Shown here piece by piece: positions 62,433 through 64,000 of a DNA stretch of 64,000 nt (positions are counted from its first letter, which is position 1; the number at the start of each line of letters is the position of its first letter). Below the pieces are notes generated by a model that was not told where the DNA came from, ran no database searches, and saw only the letters and a list, made by a program, of their open reading frames with translations. Source of the DNA: Dyella sp. (lineage in GTDB: Bacteria; Pseudomonadota; Gammaproteobacteria; Xanthomonadales; Rhodanobacteraceae); the NCBI GenBank assembly GCA_039594095.1, contig JBCNOA010000002.1, forward strand, positions 5,253 to 69,252. Reading direction: 5' to 3'. Made by a program: the position numbers and the translations under genes.

Positions 62433-63665
62433 TCAGTACAGCACGCGGCTGCGCAGCGTGCCGGGAATGGCGGCGAGCTTGTCCTTCAGCAACGCGGCCT
62501 GCTGCTTGTCGGCGGAGACGTCGATGACCACGTAGCCCACCTGCGGATCGGTTTGCAGAAACTGCGCATCGATATTGATGTTGCCCGCGGAAAACAGCTC
62601 GTTGATCCGCGACAGCACGCCCGGCACGTTGCGATGAATGTGCAGCAAGCGCCGGCTGTTGGGATGTTCCGGCAGGGTCACTTCCGGGAAGTTCACCGCC
62701 GACAGCGTGGATCCGTTGTCGCTGTACCTGACCAGCTTGCTGGCCACTTCGATGCCAATGTTGTCCTGTGCTTCCAGCGTGCTGCCGCCGATGTGCGGGG
62801 TCAGGATCACGTTGTCCATGCCTACCAGCGGCGACACGAACGGGTCGTCGTTCCCCTTCGGCTCCACCGGGAACACGTCCACCGCCGCGCCGGCGAGATG
62901 CCCTTCGCGCAGGGCGGCGGCCAGGGCGTCGATGTCCACCACGGTGCCACGCGAGGCATTGATCAGCAGCGAGCCTTTGCGCATCTTCGTCAGCTCGGTC
63001 GCGCCGATCATCAGCTTGGTGGCGGGCGTTTCCGGCACGTGCAGAGTCACCACGTCGGCGCGTTCCAGCAGGTCGTCCAGGCTGCCCGCGGCGCGCGCGT
63101 TGCCGAGGGAAAGCTTGGTCTCGATGTCATGGAAGATGACCCGCATGCCCAACGCCTCGGCCAGCACGCCCACCTGGGTACCGATGTGTCCATAGCCGAC
63201 GATGCCCAGCACCTTGTCGCGTACCTCGTAGCTGCCGGCCGCGGACTTGGTCCAGCCGCCCCGATGGCATAGCGCGTTCTTCTGCGGGATACCGCGCAAC
63301 AGCATGATCGCCTCCGCGATCACCAGCTCGGCCACGCTGCGCGTGTTGGAGTAGGGCGCGTTGAATACCGGCACGCCGTGTATCTTGGCCGCCTCCAGGT
63401 CCACCTGGTTCGTGCCGATGCAGAAACACCCGACCGCAATCAGCCGGCGGGCCTGTTCCAGTACATCCGCGGTGAGGTGGCTGCGCGAGCGGATGCCCAC
63501 GATATGAGCCTCGGCGATGCGCGATTTCAGCTCGGCTTCCGGCAGCGATTTCTCGTGATATTCGATCTGGCTGTAGCCGGCGCGGCGGAAGGTTTCCACG
63601 GCACTCTGGCTGACGCCCTCCAACAGGAGGACCTTGATGTCTTCTTTCGGGAACGAGGTTTTCAT
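62433..63665 (-). CDS. serA: D-3-phosphoglycerate dehydrogenase
   Basis: GIRSRS, FCIGTNQVD, GYGHIG, TPHIGGST and an ACT domain with HRNVPG. Confidence 0.96.
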   Translation of the reverse strand: MKTSFPKEDIKVLLLEGVSQSAVETFRRAGYSQIEYHEKSLPEAELKSRIAEAHIVGIRSRSHLTADVLEQARRLIAVGCFCIGTNQVDLEAAKIHGVPVFNAPYSNTRSVAELVIAEAIMLLRGIPQKNALCHRGGWTKSAAGSYEVRDKVLGIVGYGHIGTQVGVLAEALGMRVIFHDIETKLSLGNARAAGSLDDLLERADVVTLHVPETPATKLMIGATELTKMRKGSLLINASRGTVVDIDALAAALREGHLAGAAVDVFPVEPKGNDDPFVSPLVGMDNVILTPHIGGSTLEAQDNIGIEVASKLVRYSDNGSTLSAVNFPEVTLPEHPNSRRLLHIHRNVPGVLSRINELFSAGNINIDAQFLQTDPQVGYVVIDVSADKQQAALLKDKLAAIPGTLRSRVLY

Positions 63666-63767
63666 GAGCCGCCGGACACGTTGCGCAAAGCGGCACTATG
63701 CGGCAGCGCAGCACTGGACCGCAACGGCCAGGGCTGGCAGGCTGAGCGACCCGATCCCGGAGTTGCC

Positions 63768-64000
63768 ATGACCGCGCCCGCCCAGGCCCCGAATGCCGCT
63801 GCACTGGCCGAACTGGCCGCCCGTCTGCCGTCCATGCGCCTGCTGACGGAGCCCTCGGATCTGGAGCACTACGGCCGCGACTGGACCCGCCGCTGGACGC
63901 CGGCGCCGCTCGCCATCGCCCTTCCCGCGTCGGTGGAAGAAGTGCAGGCCATCGTTGCCTGGGCGAACGCTTGCGGCGTGGCGCTGGTGCCGTCCGGCGG
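63768..64000 (+). CDS. FAD-binding oxidoreductase, D-2-hydroxyglutarate dehydrogenase-like, 5' part only
   Basis: Manual translation MTAPAQ...YGRDWTRRWTPAPLAIALPASVEEVQAIV...LVPSG; divergent from serA. Confidence 0.75.
   Translation, partial: MTAPAQAPNAAALAELAARLPSMRLLTEPSDLEHYGRDWTRRWTPAPLAIALPASVEEVQAIVAWANACGVALVPSG

Overview
Chromosomal window from a high-GC gammaproteobacterium. Gene order and protein features suggest Xanthomonadales, probably Rhodanobacteraceae such as Dyella (inference). Bases 1-12,000 are a visibly lower-GC type IV pilus locus: the pilB 5' end, a five-gene glycosyltransferase/methyltransferase operon, a Wzx-like flippase, two paralogous TMTC/TfpW-like GT-C membrane proteins, and two tandem type IVa pilins, each with its own sigma-54 motif. 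The rest is mostly core genome: a POT transporter and S9 peptidase; ybeZ-ybeY-corC-(DUF4105/Lnb-like)-corA; a TetR-HlyD-ABC cassette; miaB, slt, degS, petABC, sspAB, nadC, DUF1631, purEK, sodB, grxD; an OlsF-like acyltransferase, an Oar-like TonB-dependent receptor and ppnN; tRNA-Asn, fimT, uvrB, tRNA-Val, hemJ; thrS-infC-rpmI-rplT-pheST-ihfA-merR-tRNA-Pro; serA and a D2HGDH-like 5' end. No integrase, transposase or CRISPR array was seen. The best leads are the two-pilin/two-GT-C glycosylation system with a G-quadruplex motif in the pilA leader, an Lnb-like gene in the usual lnt position, and a candidate Thr leader-peptide attenuator upstream of thrS. All family calls come from motif recognition by eye; no database searches were run.
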